DNA of 63,671 bases, counting the filler, from Pelomyxa schiedti (taxonomy: Eukaryota > Protista > Evosea), in the NCBI GenBank assembly GCA_020536535.1. It is 10 parts of 10 records of this genome, joined end to end, with 100 filler letters (N's around TTAATTAATTAA, not from the genome) between each part and the next. Parts side by side here need not be neighbours in the genome. Positions count along the whole stretch, not along the records: positions 49,200 to 58,720 come from JAHLWZ010001294.1; positions 58,821 to 60,385 come from JAHLWZ010000688.1; positions 60,486 to 62,069 come from JAHLWZ010000403.1; 7 more parts are not named here. The stretch is one strand, 5' to 3'. The position numbers and the translations under genes are program-made. The notes under the pieces were generated by a model that was given only the letters and a program-made list of their open reading frames with translations, was not told the origin of the DNA and searched no databases. Shown here one piece after another: positions 49,709 through 62,169 of this stretch. Every line of letters starts with the position of its first letter. Position 1 is the stretch's first letter.

Positions 49709-52700
49709 TTACCTCCCCTTCTTCTTGCCGTGTGTCTTTCCAAACTTAAATCCGCCTTGCGAGGGAGCCTGAGGAGCCGGTTGGCTGAGTCCAAACAACG
49801 AGCCTGGTGCCGAGGGTGCCTGCGCAGGTGCAGTTGGCAGCGGCCCAAACCCAAACGTAGAAGGCACCGCCGCCGGCTGCTGCTGCTGCGGGAAAAGCGG
49901 CGGAGGCGCAGAGGCCGAGGCCGATGACAGGAACGAGGGCATGGGAGGGGGCGGCGACTGCGAGGACGGCGGGAACAGCGGAGACTGGCCCACCGGGGGG
50001 AACAGCGGGTTGGGGAGGAACGGCGAGGGCGCCTGCGTGGCCGCCGCGGGCAGCGCGAAGGGGTTCCCCCCGCCAGCGGAGGAGGGAGCCGGCGGGAACG
50101 AGGGGAACGTGAGGCCCGAGGAGGAGGAGGAGGAGGAGGGAGGCGGGGGGGTTGTGGCTGTAGGGGGGGGAGTGGAGAACAGGGACGCGGAGGAGCCAAT
50201 CCCAGCCCAACGGGGAACGGGGACGAGGCCGGAGTGGAGAGTGGAAGGCTGGCTGGCCTAAAGAGGAATGGGGCTCCGGAAGCTATTGTGTTGTTCCCAG
50301 TTCCTTGGGTTGGTATTAGTATTAATGTATCACGCCGTGGGAGGAAGAGGTGGGCTTACCGGTTTCGGAATCCATTCCCATGTTGCCATCTGCTGAAGGT
50401 GCGCCAAATGCGAAGGGTGCTTTTGGCTGGAATGCGGGTGGCTGTGAAGCCGGCAATGATGTAGTTGGTGCTCCAAATAGGAATGGTTGTCCAGGTTGTG
50501 GTGATGACAGTGATGGAAGGGGTGCCGCAGGGGATGGTGTGGGTGCGCCAAAAGCGAACGGCGAAGGTGCGGCTGGTGCCTGGAGAAATGAGTTGGATTG
50601 ACGGGCGCCAAACAGTGATGAAGGTGATTCAGTTGGAAGTGGTGTGGGGGGAACTTGGATTGGAACTTGGGGTGGTGGGGATGGTGATGGTGCTGGTGGT
50701 GGTAGTGGGAGTGATAGCGTTAGAGGTAGTGTGGGAGGTGCCGCTGTTGGAACGGGCGGAGGTGTTTGTGATGTTTCTGGTGCTGGCGGAGGTGTTTGTG
50801 ACGCAAGTGGAGCAAATGGGAATGTGAGAGTTGGTGGAGGTGCTGGGCTTGTAGGAGTGGTTGTCTGTGGGGCAGATTCTACCGGTGACACAGGGAATAT
50901 GGGTAGAGCTGGTGAGGAAGCATTAGGTTTGAGGAAAGCAGGTAGCTCAGATATGCTTTGAGATGGAGCGGGTTTGGACACGGGTTCAAGTTTTGGAGTG
51001 GGTGCGGTTGTTTCAGCTACAACTGGTGTTGGAATTGGAACTAGTATGGGTTCTGGAGCTGGAGCTGGTGTTGGTGTTGGAGCTGGAGTTTGTGTCGGAG
51101 TTGATGTCAGAGATGGAGTTGGCGTCGGAGTTGCAGGAAGAACAGTAGTAGGGATGGGTGTTGGTGTGAATGTGGATATAAACGACGGTGTAGTTGTAGT
51201 AGGTAATTCTGGAAGAGTGGGTTGAGGAATCGTCAGTGCGGGTGGGGGGGCCAGTATTGGTGTGGGGGTAGGAGTAGGAGTGGGTTCAGATACTAACGGA
51301 ACCTTTGCAGGATCCAGGGAAGGTGGTGGTGTTGCGATGGGAGGGACTGAGATTGTAAATGTCGGTGTTGGAGAATTTGACTGGAATGACTGGAAGAACG
51401 TTGGTATAGCTGCCGATTTGGCAGGAAGGTCCGAAGTAGGTTTGGGTGTTTGTGTTTGGGGTGAAGGTGACCTAGGTGCTGTGGGAGTAGGTATAGGTTC
51501 TATGGGAGGAGTGGGTGTCCGGATGTTTGCCAAGGCCGTAAAGGTAGACTGGGTCGACTCTGGCAATTTGACACCAAAAGAGATTGGAGTTTCTTGGGAT
51601 GGCTTGTCTACTTGGGACAGTTCAGAAGGCTTTCCCTTGGCTTCTTGTGACGCTGGTAGGAAGTCATTTTGTACGGACTTGGTAACGGTAGTGGGTTCTT
51701 GCTCAATAGGGTGTTCTTCATTGAGTTGATGCTTTTTCTCAGCAAGGATTGAAGGTATTGGTTTGGAAGAGGTTGCTTTTTTAGGAGTTACCTCAGACGT
51801 TCGGGTATTTGGAGGGAGTTTATAAGTTGGAAGAAGCTGAGGCTTGTTGTTCGGCACCTCGTCTGTGGATTCTTTGGTGACGATATCATGAGATTGGCTT
51901 TGTACAGTGGTTGTGACTGTTGTTGTTGCGACTGCCGGTGGGTGTGTGAGTCCTTTGCTGGGTGTGCGTCTTATCAAACGTGGGGATTGATCAGCGGTGG
52001 AGACAGGTTTTTTTTGGGTAGAGGTCGGTGTGTCAGAGTACTTCAGGAAAGCGGAAGGGGTGTCCTTTGCAACACGGCCATGAGGTACATTTAGTGGAGA
52101 CTGAGGAGGTGCATTTGAGATCTGTTTTATTGTTAGTGTGGCCAAGAGAAAGGTAAAAATTACTTTGCCAATAGCATTCAAAGCCTTAGTAAGGTCGCTT
52201 GGTTCCTTGCGTTGTATAGGTGACTGTGAGCGTGGTGTGCCAGGGTACACATTTAGAGAAATATGTGAAGGAGAGGGGTGTGGAGGTGTGTAATTTGAGT
52301 ATTGTGGTATTTGAGGGCCTTGAAAAGGAAGGAGGCGTGAGGTGCGGAGTTGATTAATTTGGTATTTTTCTTCATCTCCTTTCCGAGCCAGGAAGGTATT
52401 ATTTAAAAAGTCTGCAGCTGCTTTCCTGGCTTCTGGTTGTCTATCATATGGAAGAGAGGATATAAGTAGAGATAATTCGTCACATGGATCAGTATCCCGA
52501 CTTTGAGGAGTGGAAGTAAGTGTTGAACTGGTCCGAAGAGGCAAACTGGGTTGCGACCCAAGTCTTCCATATTGAGGCAAAGGTGTTTGCTCCTCAGGTG
52601 GGGTATGTGTAAAACTGGTGCGGAGGTTACTTATGGTTTGCAATTGCTGTGGTGGGGCTTGTTGGGTAGTCAACTCAGGCTGTGCATGTGACACTGCCGG

Positions 52701-53408
52701 TGCAATTGATTGAGGTGTTTGGTTGGTCTTTTTGCAGGTTGGACAAGTATTATCGAGGTTAGAGTGTTTGGTGTGCTTATCCTTCGATTTGTGGTGCTTC
52801 TTCTTTGATTTGTGGTGCTTCTTTGTATCCTCCTCAGGGCTATCATCACCCTCACTGGTAGGGAAAGCGTCGCTCTTGAGATGCACTCTTTTATCGCGGG
52901 GTTCCTTAGAATCCTTCTTGTCTGCTTGAGGCGAAGGGCACTTGGACTCTCCCGTAGCAACCCTCCTCTTCTTCGGAATTGGAATAGGAGCTTCTTTGTC
53001 ACCGTCACTGTCGAAGTCATCGATGAACACGCCCTTCAGTTCCTTCTTCTGACCCTTGGATTCCTGCAATATAGCCGGTACCGGTGCCTGCTGTTTCTGC
53101 TGAGCAGAGCCGTCATCACCAGGAGCTACTTTTTGAGGTGCAGTCATAACAGGAGGTGGAGGCTGCTGGTCTTCGCCAGTATGAGTAGTAGTAGTAGATA
53201 ATACATTCCCATCATTTCCAGCAGCAGGAAGCTGACTCGTGGCAGCAGCGGAAGTGACAGGGCCAGTGACATTGCTGCCAACGGCCTCAGAGGATTGTGA
53301 TGAATAGCCGAATAGATTGAGAACGCGAGAGAAAAATGACTTGGCGGCTGGATGTGAAGTCGACGACCTGGATTCTATTTCCCTTTGGTCGTCTCCAGAT
53401 AGTCCCAT
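49709..53408 (-). CDS. FG-repeat nucleoporin, Nup153/Nup1-like basket type
   Basis: 1028-aa P/T/S-rich ORF plus a last exon; SFG, LFG, FAFG, FLFG, FGFG motifs in the C-terminal part; ends GGFKFGKTHGKKKGR*. Confidence 0.65.
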
Positions 53409-53640
53409 CTCTGACTGTTAAGAAGAAAAAATAAGTGAGGTGGTAAGACTAAAGAAAAGAAAGAAAGAAAGCAAAAAAACAAAAAAGCAATTATTGTGGG
53501 AGGTTGTGGGTCTCACCCTGTCTCTCTTGCGACTAGCCATTTTGGTGACACGCTCCCCCGGCGTAGTAGTCGTACGCTGTGTGTCGTGTTACTTTGCGGT
53601 GCGGTAACAATTAGTTTTTGATTAGATTTCCTTTTTCCTG

Positions 53641-53880
53641 TGAGCAACTGATGAGGCCCACTGTTGGGTTGGGCCAAAGAGACTTGGTGGGTGGAACGAA
53701 GCTCTGGCAGCGGGAATTTTCTGTCCCGGAATGACAACAGAACCCCACTGGATGTTCTGACTCAGCTTTGGTTCGTGATCATGGGCTTCATGAAGCACCC
53801 TGTTGTACTCATGCATGAGGTGCACGCGCCGGTTCCGAGTATGTATGAGGTGTTCCTTCTTTTCTGATGACTCATCAATT
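53641..53880 (+). ncRNA. Candidate structured box C/D-type RNA
   Basis: TGATGA at 53649, CTGA at 53757 and 53864, terminal TGAGCA/TG-A-CTCA pairing, several internal hairpins. Confidence 0.35.
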
Positions 53881-53900
53881 TGAAACTTTCGTCTTCGACG

Positions 53901-56222
53901 ATGACGAGCGTGTACCGTAGCGGCCGCGACGACGCGGCAAGGCTCGAGGCCGGGCTCATCAATCCGAAGGGTGTGTTTTGTTAGCCTCTTAGAACCGCAT
54001 CCCAGAATCTGAACTGAAATACTTGAATTAGACCCCCTGGGAGTGAGAAGGCGCGTTGGTGGATCTGTTGGTGGTGGTCCTCCTGGGACCGGGGGCGGCA
54101 GGTGCTGTCTGGCCAGATCCGGATTCAGGCTCAGCTACGTCGTGATGCTGCTTTTTTTCAGTGTGTGGCTCGTCGGTCTCGTTTTTATCTCGGCAAGTAC
54201 CAAAAAGCCACCAACAATCGCCACCAAGCACCGCAACGACGCACACAACGCAATCATGGGATACGGTGACACACTGGTGCCGCACACGCACCACCAACCC
54301 CCGGCCCTGCAAAAAATTTCGCTGCAAGAAACTAAACCAACGCAACAACAGCTGCAACTGCAACAAGAAACTATTCAAAAAACACAAGAATCCACTCCAA
54401 ATCCAGACCCACCTTTTAATGAGGTGGATGAACCAAATTCAAAAACAAAAGATCAGGCGACGCCAAAACCCACGGACTTAAAAACAAACCCTAATGAATC
54501 CACTGAAACACAGCACTCTACTACAAACACACCTGACTTGTCAATTCAAATGCAATCACTATCTCACCATAATGCACCACCATTTTTAGAGTCATCATCT
54601 ATAAAACCACCTCAAACAACACCCATCAATGCACCTAATCCAACTACTGTTGACCAACAAAAACAGTTACCCATAGGATCCCAAGTGGGTATGGTATCTC
54701 TCCTATCACACTTGAGATATTATTCGTCTGTGTAAACACCAAATTCAGGAAGACTTTGATGGTCCAGTTATTCCAATCGTTGTAATTGCCTGCAATCGTG
54801 CTTATTATTTAGAACAGTGCCTAGATTCATTGCTACAGTGAATTTCCTCTTGCAAAATTCGAAAAATAACACCTCTTTCCAGGCATAGGCCTAACACATC
54901 TCTCGTCCAATTTCCGATTTTTGTATCTCAAGTATTTGTGCCTTCCTAAAAACCTCCGCTGACTGAATCCAGGATTGCAATGCAGCAGAAGTTACGAATC
55001 TCCTTCAGTCCAAAAAGTATGCAGACAAAATTACTCGAATGAAGGTTTTCACCTGTGATATTACTTCTCTAATTAATCTCAGTTTTCTGGAGGACCCAAA
55101 ATGGAGGGGTATGAGGCCATAGCAAGGCACTACAAGTGGGCTCTTCAACAAATATTCAATGAGAGGCATTTTGCATCAACAATTATTGTTGAAGGTTTGC
55201 ACACAACTTTAACTCACACTTATTTCTTTTCAGATGATATGGAAGTCTCCCCAGACTTTTATGAGTATTTCATTGCAGGTGAAAAACTTCTGAAAGAAGA
55301 TGACACGGTTCATTTCTCCTTGTCACGACTATCCACCTAACCTCCTGAAGATATGGTGCATATCCTCATGGAATGACAATGGGATGGATGTTGCGTCTTC
55401 AAATGTGACTGCCCTTTTCCGAACTGATGTATTCCCTGGTATTCAAATACACTATCATAGAACCTAGGCACTAATCAGTGCTAGGATTGGGATGGATGCT
55501 TTTAAGAACTCTGTGGGACGAACTGGAACCTAACTGGCCCGTAGGGTATAATCCTCTCTCTGAAGCTCTTTATTAATCGAAGGCTAGATACTGGGACGAG
55601 TTCATGAGACTACCAGAGATAAGGAAGGACCGCTCATGTGTCCGACCTGAAGTTTGCCGTACGGCAAATTTCGGGGAGATTGGTGTCAGTCTGGGACAGT
55701 TTTACAACTCCCACATTAGGAAAATCAAGAAAAACACTGAGATGATAAACTGGTCTCAAGTGGATTTATCCTATCTCCATAAGGTTATTATGCTAGCCTC
55801 CAGCTTGACCTCGCAACTCACAATTTCCGAAAGGACGCATATGACAGTAGTTTAGCCCTCGAAATATCCCGGGCTACTCTCACGGATATCGATTCCATAA
55901 ATGACTTGATCAATAGGCGGAGAGCAGCCAATCAACACGGAATTTTGAGAGTGCCTTACTTGAACCAGAACCACTTTGAGGGTATAGCTCGATTCTTCCA
56001 GATAATGGACGAATTCAAGGTTTCGTTTCCACCTTTTGAATAAAAAAAACCCGGTTCATCTAACGTTGATAAAGAATGGACTTCCAAGAGCCAGTTATCA
56101 TGGTATTTTCCCAAAACTAAATAAGAGAAACCGTGCATCTAAAACAGTGCACAGGAGTGCTCAGTATAACCTACAGAGGAACTCGAGTTCTTATTACTGA
56201 TTCCCGGGTTTGGAGGACATGA
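53901..56222 (+). CDS. MGAT1: Alpha-1,3-mannosyl-glycoprotein beta-1,2-N-acetylglucosaminyltransferase I (GT13)
   Basis: Type II TM anchor and stem, then IVVIACNR, IFVSQD, IARHYKWAL, IIVEDD, CISSWNDNG, RTDVFPGLGWML, YWDEFMR, CVRPEVCRTANFG. Confidence 0.95.
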
Positions 56223-56287
56223 AGGTGTGAATGAAAATGTAGAATGTATTTTTTTTTTCACAAATCAAATAGTTGGTTTTATCACGA

Positions 56288-57823
56288 CTAGAATATTACT
56301 CTAAAGAGAAATATCAGAGCACCACACAAAATCCCAACGATCAAGAGTATGAGACAAATTTTGGTCCTTGTTTTGGACTGTAATTTGCTGGCCTTATTTG
56401 TATATCAAAAACCAAAAGAAAATAAAAATTGGGAGTTACTTGCTCGATTTGATTCACAGCTTCCTCTGTGGCTTCGTAGGTTTTTTCTATGTTACTGTAC
56501 TATGTAAGTTGAAGGTAGAATATAATCATTGAGTAGTACTAATCAATGCGGTCCACCAACGTTCCTTGGTCTACAATAAGAACAGCAAGGTCCTAAATTA
56601 ATGAAGAAAAGGTTAAGACTCAATAACTCGGAGGAGGTAACTACCTTGACAATTTCAGCCAGCTCAACAATTGACTTGGATATTTCAGTGATTTCCCTGT
56701 ACCGCTGGGCAGCGTCATTCGCGGCAACTTGAACAACAGCTTGTTGATCCTCAGTAAATCCCTAAAATCGATTTAGCGTGGAATTCCTATTTTTTCATTC
56801 AGTAGTCACCTTATCTTGAAAATCGAGTATCTCGGGTGATGAGAAATTGTCTTGGAATTTTGTAGTTCTATTTCTTAGTTCTGTAGTGTTGGTTGTTAGA
56901 GTTAAGATGATTGTGCTTGTCATACTTGTTAAATATGTTTGTTGTGACTCTCTAAAGAGATGTGCAATTTCCTGTAAATGTTGTGCTAGTGCAGATTGTG
57001 CATTTTGTACAGCTTTTTGTGAATCACTGCCGGCACCGCGTTTCAGAGCCTTGCCAAGTGATTTCAGTTTCAAATTGGCTTGTCCTATCATCTAAGATAG
57101 AAAAAAATGAGTTCCTCTAAAAACCAAAAGGACCACGCTACTCTTGTAATTTCGCCAGTGAGAATTTCTACAGCATGATTGTCATCAACAGAGTCAAGTC
57201 CAACCATTAAGTGAGCTTTGTGGAGCTTTTTAAGTTCCGCAACTTGTTATAATGAGACAAGAGGAAACTGACTGTGACACATACTTTTGTCAGTTATCTG
57301 AGTGATATCTTGTGAAATGTCAGTGACTCTCCCTGCCCACTCTGGCTGAATATCAAGAACAACAGATGATCCAGTCAACAGTTTCTGAGAAGTATTAAAT
57401 GACAATAAGTTGGGTTGAGGAAAGAGCATTATCATTATTATTCATGATGCTTTACTGGATAAAATAAAATATCATATAGGGAAGATAAATAAGAGAGGGA
57501 ATGTACAGTGGTGTCGCGGAATGTCTGTAGTTCCACCCCATCACCATCAATCACTCCTCCTCCACTGCCTGATGGGAAAAAAGGTTATCATTCACTCATA
57601 GGTGAATTAATTCAAGAAGAAGATAGTAGGAGTGAGTTGAAGCCAATTGCAAATCAACAAATACAACTTACGTTTTGAGGCATACAACTGCCGGTACTCG
57701 TTGTACTTGTCAGTCCTATTTTTAACCTAAGACCCAAGAAAAGGAGGCACTTTTTTTTGTTTTGAGGAGAAACCCCGGCCCGATTGACACCACTCACCGG
57801 TTCCTCGTTATCCCGTTGATCAT
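56288..57823 (-). CDS. STX16: Syntaxin-16/Tlg2 Qa-SNARE
   Basis: N-peptide MINGITRNRTDKYNEYR, PEW motif, Habc helices, SNARE motif REITEISKSIVELAEIVKDLAVLIVDQGTLVDRIDYNIE, C-terminal TM helix. Confidence 0.92.
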
Positions 57824-57861
57824 CACAGATTAATCTTTTTCTTTGAACTCGTACGAAATTG

Positions 57862-58720
57862 ATGGCAGGTGTCACTACGTGTAACTTGGCAGGTTCTTCT
57901 CTGGGGCTCCAACAACATCACCAACGTTGCTGTGTTTGTCGTGATCCCATAACTTCCAAAGACAATGCCTCGCTAAATGGTTATGACGTAGTTCCGTCGT
58001 GTGGGCACGGCGTGTGTGGTGCGTGTTGTGACGCCACCGTTGTGTTCTCCCTTGACATCCCACAATCGTCCAGCAGCAGCAGCGATTCAGGGGATTATGA
58101 TTCGACGGTGCAAGTGTGGTGCGGGATGTGTGGCTGCGCAAGAGACGCACTTGTTGTGCAGTGTCCGCAATCACCAGTGTCAGCGTTCCTCGCAGACACC
58201 TCCACACCCACAAGCAGCCAAGACGAAGAGGTTGTGAGGCCCGCTGCGATGCCACAGTGCAGCAGGTGCACTGCGATGGGAATTGTGGGAGTGAGTGCCA
58301 AGTATGGGTGCCGGGAGTGCTCTGTTGCGATGGGAGGGGCTGGCCCGGTGTTGTTCTGCGAATCGTGTTGGGCCAACGTTCATTGGGCTCCGCCTTTGAC
58401 ATCGCACGGTAAATGTCACCCTGGATCTGAAGTTATGGATCGAGGTCGTGTGAGTGGTATGCGCCGCCATTTATTTTTGTCAAGTTTCGAAATTTCTTAA
58501 AACCACTACTAGGTGGTAGAATGATATGCGATAAGCACGGGCTTCAACGTGATTTGTTCTGTGAAACGGACGGCGCATTCATTTGCCCGACGTGCTCGCT
58601 CACATCTTCCCACAAGGTTGGTTGGTCTTCACTGAAATGTGAAATGCAGATTTTCCATCGAATGAAAATAAAAGGGACACAATATTTCGGCTGGGGAAGA
58701 ACTGCGTGAGAAGAAGAAGT
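57862..58720 (+). CDS. TRIM-like RING-B-box-B-box protein (3'-partial)
   Basis: CCVC...SCGHGVCGACC...CGMC; CSRC..CREC..FCESC..VH...H; CDKH..LFCETD..ICPTC..SH. Confidence 0.8.
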
Positions 58721-58937
58721 NNNNNNNNNNNNNNNNNNNNNNNNNNNNNNNNNNNNNNNNNNNNTTAATTAATTAANNNNNNNNNNNNNNNNNNNNNNNN
58801 NNNNNNNNNNNNNNNNNNNNCCTATTTTCAGTGTTCCTGGAGCCCAGATAGTGGCGACACCTATTCTCTACAGACAAGGCGTGATTGCTCTGCACACTGC
58901 TCCAGATCAACTTGTGATAGTAGACGCAGCAACCGGT

Positions 58938-59837
58938 TTAACCCTTTAGCTCAAAAGCGGAGTCTATCGGGGATCATCGGATCTTATCAAACTTCTTCGC
59001 GATGTATCTTGATAGTTGTAGATTGTTCGCTCTGTACTTAGATAAAAATATGGGTTTCGAGTGCACTGGAGCGCGATGCATCCTGAAGGAATGGATGAAA
59101 CGCGCTTGAGTGCGATGTATACTGAATGAGAGCGATAAAGTGCTGTCAGTTGGATGCGCCCTTGTCTTGTTTTGGCAGGTCGGGACATGCACACCTAATC
59201 ACTACGTGGCATGTGGCAGATAAAAGGAAGCGCGTTAGTGATCAAGGAAACAAAACCAACAAAATAACACATGAGTGACGAGGAGCTTGGAGATGATGAG
59301 ATGAAAGGTGGTGTAGCCTCTGATGTTGGTGTGGATACCAGGCCCAACCTGAAACTAATACTTGTTGCACCATGGGAAGACATGGGCATGTATCAACCCG
59401 TGTGCCCCTCCACGTTCCCTGGCACAACAGCACCAAGCATCCTGAATGGTGGTCTCAAGGCGAAATGGCACAAATGGCTGGATGAGCACAAATCTTCGTT
59501 GTCTTCCTATGCTCTCCTGTGCTTATTTTGGCCTGAGGTTTGGTGGGAACAAATTACCATACAGACTAATCTCTATGCAAAGCAGCAGGGAGCTCCCTCA
59601 TGGCATCCCACTAGTGCGNNNNNNNNNNNNNNNNNNNNNNNNNNNNNNNNNNNNNNNNNNNNNNNNNNNNNNNNNNNNNNNNNNNNNNNNNNNNNNNNNN
59701 NNNNNNNNNNNNNNNNNNAACAGCACCAAGCATCCTGAATGGTGGTCTCAAGGCGAAATGGCACAAATGGCTGGATGAGCACAAATCTTCGTCGTCTTCC
59801 TATGCTCTCCTGTGCTTATTTTGGCCTGAGGTTTGGT
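58938..59837 (+). mobile_element. piggyBac-like transposon left end and transposase N-terminal fragment
   Basis: TTAA|CCCTTTAG at 58938-58949; ORF from 59271 with LFWPEVWWEQITIQTNLYAKQ..SWHPTS, the DDE_Tnp_1_7 N-terminal motif. Confidence 0.65.
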
Positions 59838-60090
59838 GGTTTTGTTTCGTTTTGTTTTGTAGTTTCGTTTCGTTCCGTTCCGTTCCGTTCCTTTCCTTTC
59901 CTTTCCTTTCCGTTTCGTTCCGTTCCTTTCCTTTCCGTTTTGTTTCGTTCCTTTCCGTTTCGTTCCGTTCCTTTCCATTTCTTTCCTTTCCGTTTCGTTT
60001 CGTTCCGTTCCGTTCCGTTTCGTTTCGTTCCGTTCCGTTCCTTTCCGTTTCTTTCCTTTCCGTTTCTTTCCTTTCCGTTTCTTTATCGTT
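59838..60090 (+). repeat. Compound pentanucleotide microsatellite (TTTCG/TTCCG/TTTCC)n
   Basis: Directly visible; the + strand is almost free of adenine. Confidence 0.95.
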
Positions 60091-60499
60091 TAATTTGCTT
60101 AGGTTTCTGTTCCCACCATTCTAGCCTGGCAAGTGCTTCCTGAGGCGTCGTGGATGATGTACCACGAAGAGCGATGGCACGTTTCATCTTTTTGTTTTGT
60201 TTTGGTTTTTGTCTTGTTTTGTTTGGTACGATTTAGGTTTGTGTTGTGATGTTTTGTCTTGTATGACCTACCTTTGTTTTCAACTTGCACTCACATCAAT
60301 GCAGATCTTGAGTACACTGACAAGAAGAAGCGGATGCAGAAGTACAGTGGCTTTTTGCGTTTGCAGTCCTCACTCCAACATAGGGNNNNNNNNNNNNNNN
60401 NNNNNNNNNNNNNNNNNNNNNNNNNNNNNTTAATTAATTAANNNNNNNNNNNNNNNNNNNNNNNNNNNNNNNNNNNNNNNNNNNNCGTCGCGGGGATTG

Positions 60500-61565
60500 A
60501 TGGACGCGAGCGATGAATGGCGCGATTTGTGCCGTGGGTTGCACATTCCTCCAGATGTGATGTCCAAGTGGCAAAACATTGTATTCTCTTACAATCTGCA
60601 TACATCCTTCAAACACACAACAAAAATGAATGAATGTTGTGTGGCTTGCCACTTTGCTTTAATTGGTTTTTTTTAAGATTTTCGAAAAGTATGGGGAGGA
60701 GATTAGGCACTACCATACTGTAAAGCACGTGATGGAAATGCTGGATTTGACAGAATCACATAGTCACCTTATTTCTGATAAGATTGTTGTGAAACTTGCT
60801 GCATGGTTCCATGAGTGCGTACATATTCGATTTGTAATTTCACTTCTGAGTTTATTCTAAAACGTGCACGTAACTGTCTATTCCACACAAATAGTGTTGT
60901 TTATGATCCAAAGAGAAGTGACAATGAAGCCTGCAGCGCGGACTTGTTTGTAAAATTTGCTGACGAGGCGGGAACTCTGGAAAAACAACTTGTTGAGAAA
61001 GTAGCTGCATACATAAATGCAACTGCTGCACNNNNNNNNNNNNNNNNNNNNNNNNNNNNNNNNNNNNNNNNNNNNNNNNNNNNNNNNNNNNNNNNNNNNN
61101 NNNNNNNNNNNNNNNNNNNNNNNNNNNNNNNACTTGTTGAGAAAGTAGCTGCATACATAAATGCAACTGCTGCACACGCACCTCCCAGCAATGTATTGGA
61201 CAATGATTTGCTGCTGTTCTTGGATTTTGACCTCAATGTGCTTGCCCGGCCTCCAGAGAGTGAGCTTTGTATCTCCTTCTGGCAAGGAACTAATAAAACC
61301 ACACAAAGCGTACCAGGAATATGCAGATTGCATAAGGAAGGAGTATAGTCACGTGCCCCTCCCAGCCTATTGTGTGGGACGAGCAAATGCACTGAGAAGC
61401 CTGATGTGTGGCACTATATTCAAGTCAGAAACATTCAGGCAAAGATGTGAAAACCAGGCAAAAGAAAACATGCTTGCTGAAATTGAACACTGGTCTGTGG
61501 TTGGCAAAAGTCTATGGTTTGTTGGGCTCTTTATTGCCCTCTTTCTCATTTTCACACTCTTCTAG
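60500..61565 (+). CDS. HD-superfamily metal-dependent hydrolase (COG4339-like)
   Basis: RHYHTVKHV...LAAWFHD|VVYDP..DNE..SA...ATAAH...FLDFDL..L...YQEYA..IRKEYSH..Y..GRA..L. The 3' end is uncertain and an N gap lies within the gene. Confidence 0.87.
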
Positions 61566-61971
61566 AAGCAAATGGCCAACCCAAGTTTACCACCAGTCAT
61601 TGAAAAACTCCTAATAGAGTGAATTTCCTCAATTGGAATCTAATTAGTGGCTTGTACCCAAGGAAACCAGTGGCGTGCACGACCACGACCCAACCAGGAA
61701 GGTGTCAACGTCCTGTCACAGAACCTGGGAGGTGTAAAGACATGGTGTGCGGGTACAGCACCTACAGAGTCGCCGGAGTCAGTCCGGATCTGCACTGATG
61801 CTGCTGGGAGGGACTATTCCTATCTTCGTAGGTCTCATGGTCGGTAAGGGTCAGGTCCTATGTTGGTTCCCCTCTCTGACCTGTGATCCAGTCTGCTTTT
61901 GTCTAATCGATCACGAAAGCCTATTGCCCTCTTTGGACTTTATATGGACAACGGACCCACACACCCGTGAT

Positions 61972-62053
61972 AAGCTTTTAAAGGCTTTTAAACGCTTTAG
62001 AATCCGTTTTGAATCGCTTTTGAATCCGTTTTGAATCCCTTTTAAACGCTTTG
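61972..62053 (+). repeat. Short degenerate ~11-nt tandem repeat (TTTTGAATCCG-like)
   Basis: ttttaaaggc ttttaaacgc tttagaatccg ttttgaatcgc ttttgaatccg ttttgaatccc ttttaaacgc. Confidence 0.7.
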
Positions 62054-62169
62054 CTTTACCCACTTTGTTNNNNNNNNNNNNNNNNNNNNNNNNNNNNNNN
62101 NNNNNNNNNNNNNTTAATTAATTAANNNNNNNNNNNNNNNNNNNNNNNNNNNNNNNNNNNNNNNNNNNN

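Noticed and set aside
53648-53680. Hammerhead-ribozyme-like CTGATGA-stem motif
   Set aside because: The stem is followed by AAAG rather than the required GAAA, and no stems I/III with an NUH cleavage site are evident.
59852-60124. FRSVP-repeat ORFs, or a CRISPR-like array
   Set aside because: Translation of a pentamer microsatellite; there are no unique spacers.
61490-61565. Tail-anchor TM helix on the HD hydrolase
   Set aside because: The hydrophobic stretch is T-rich, has GT donors upstream and ends exactly at TAG; it is more likely an unspliced intron.
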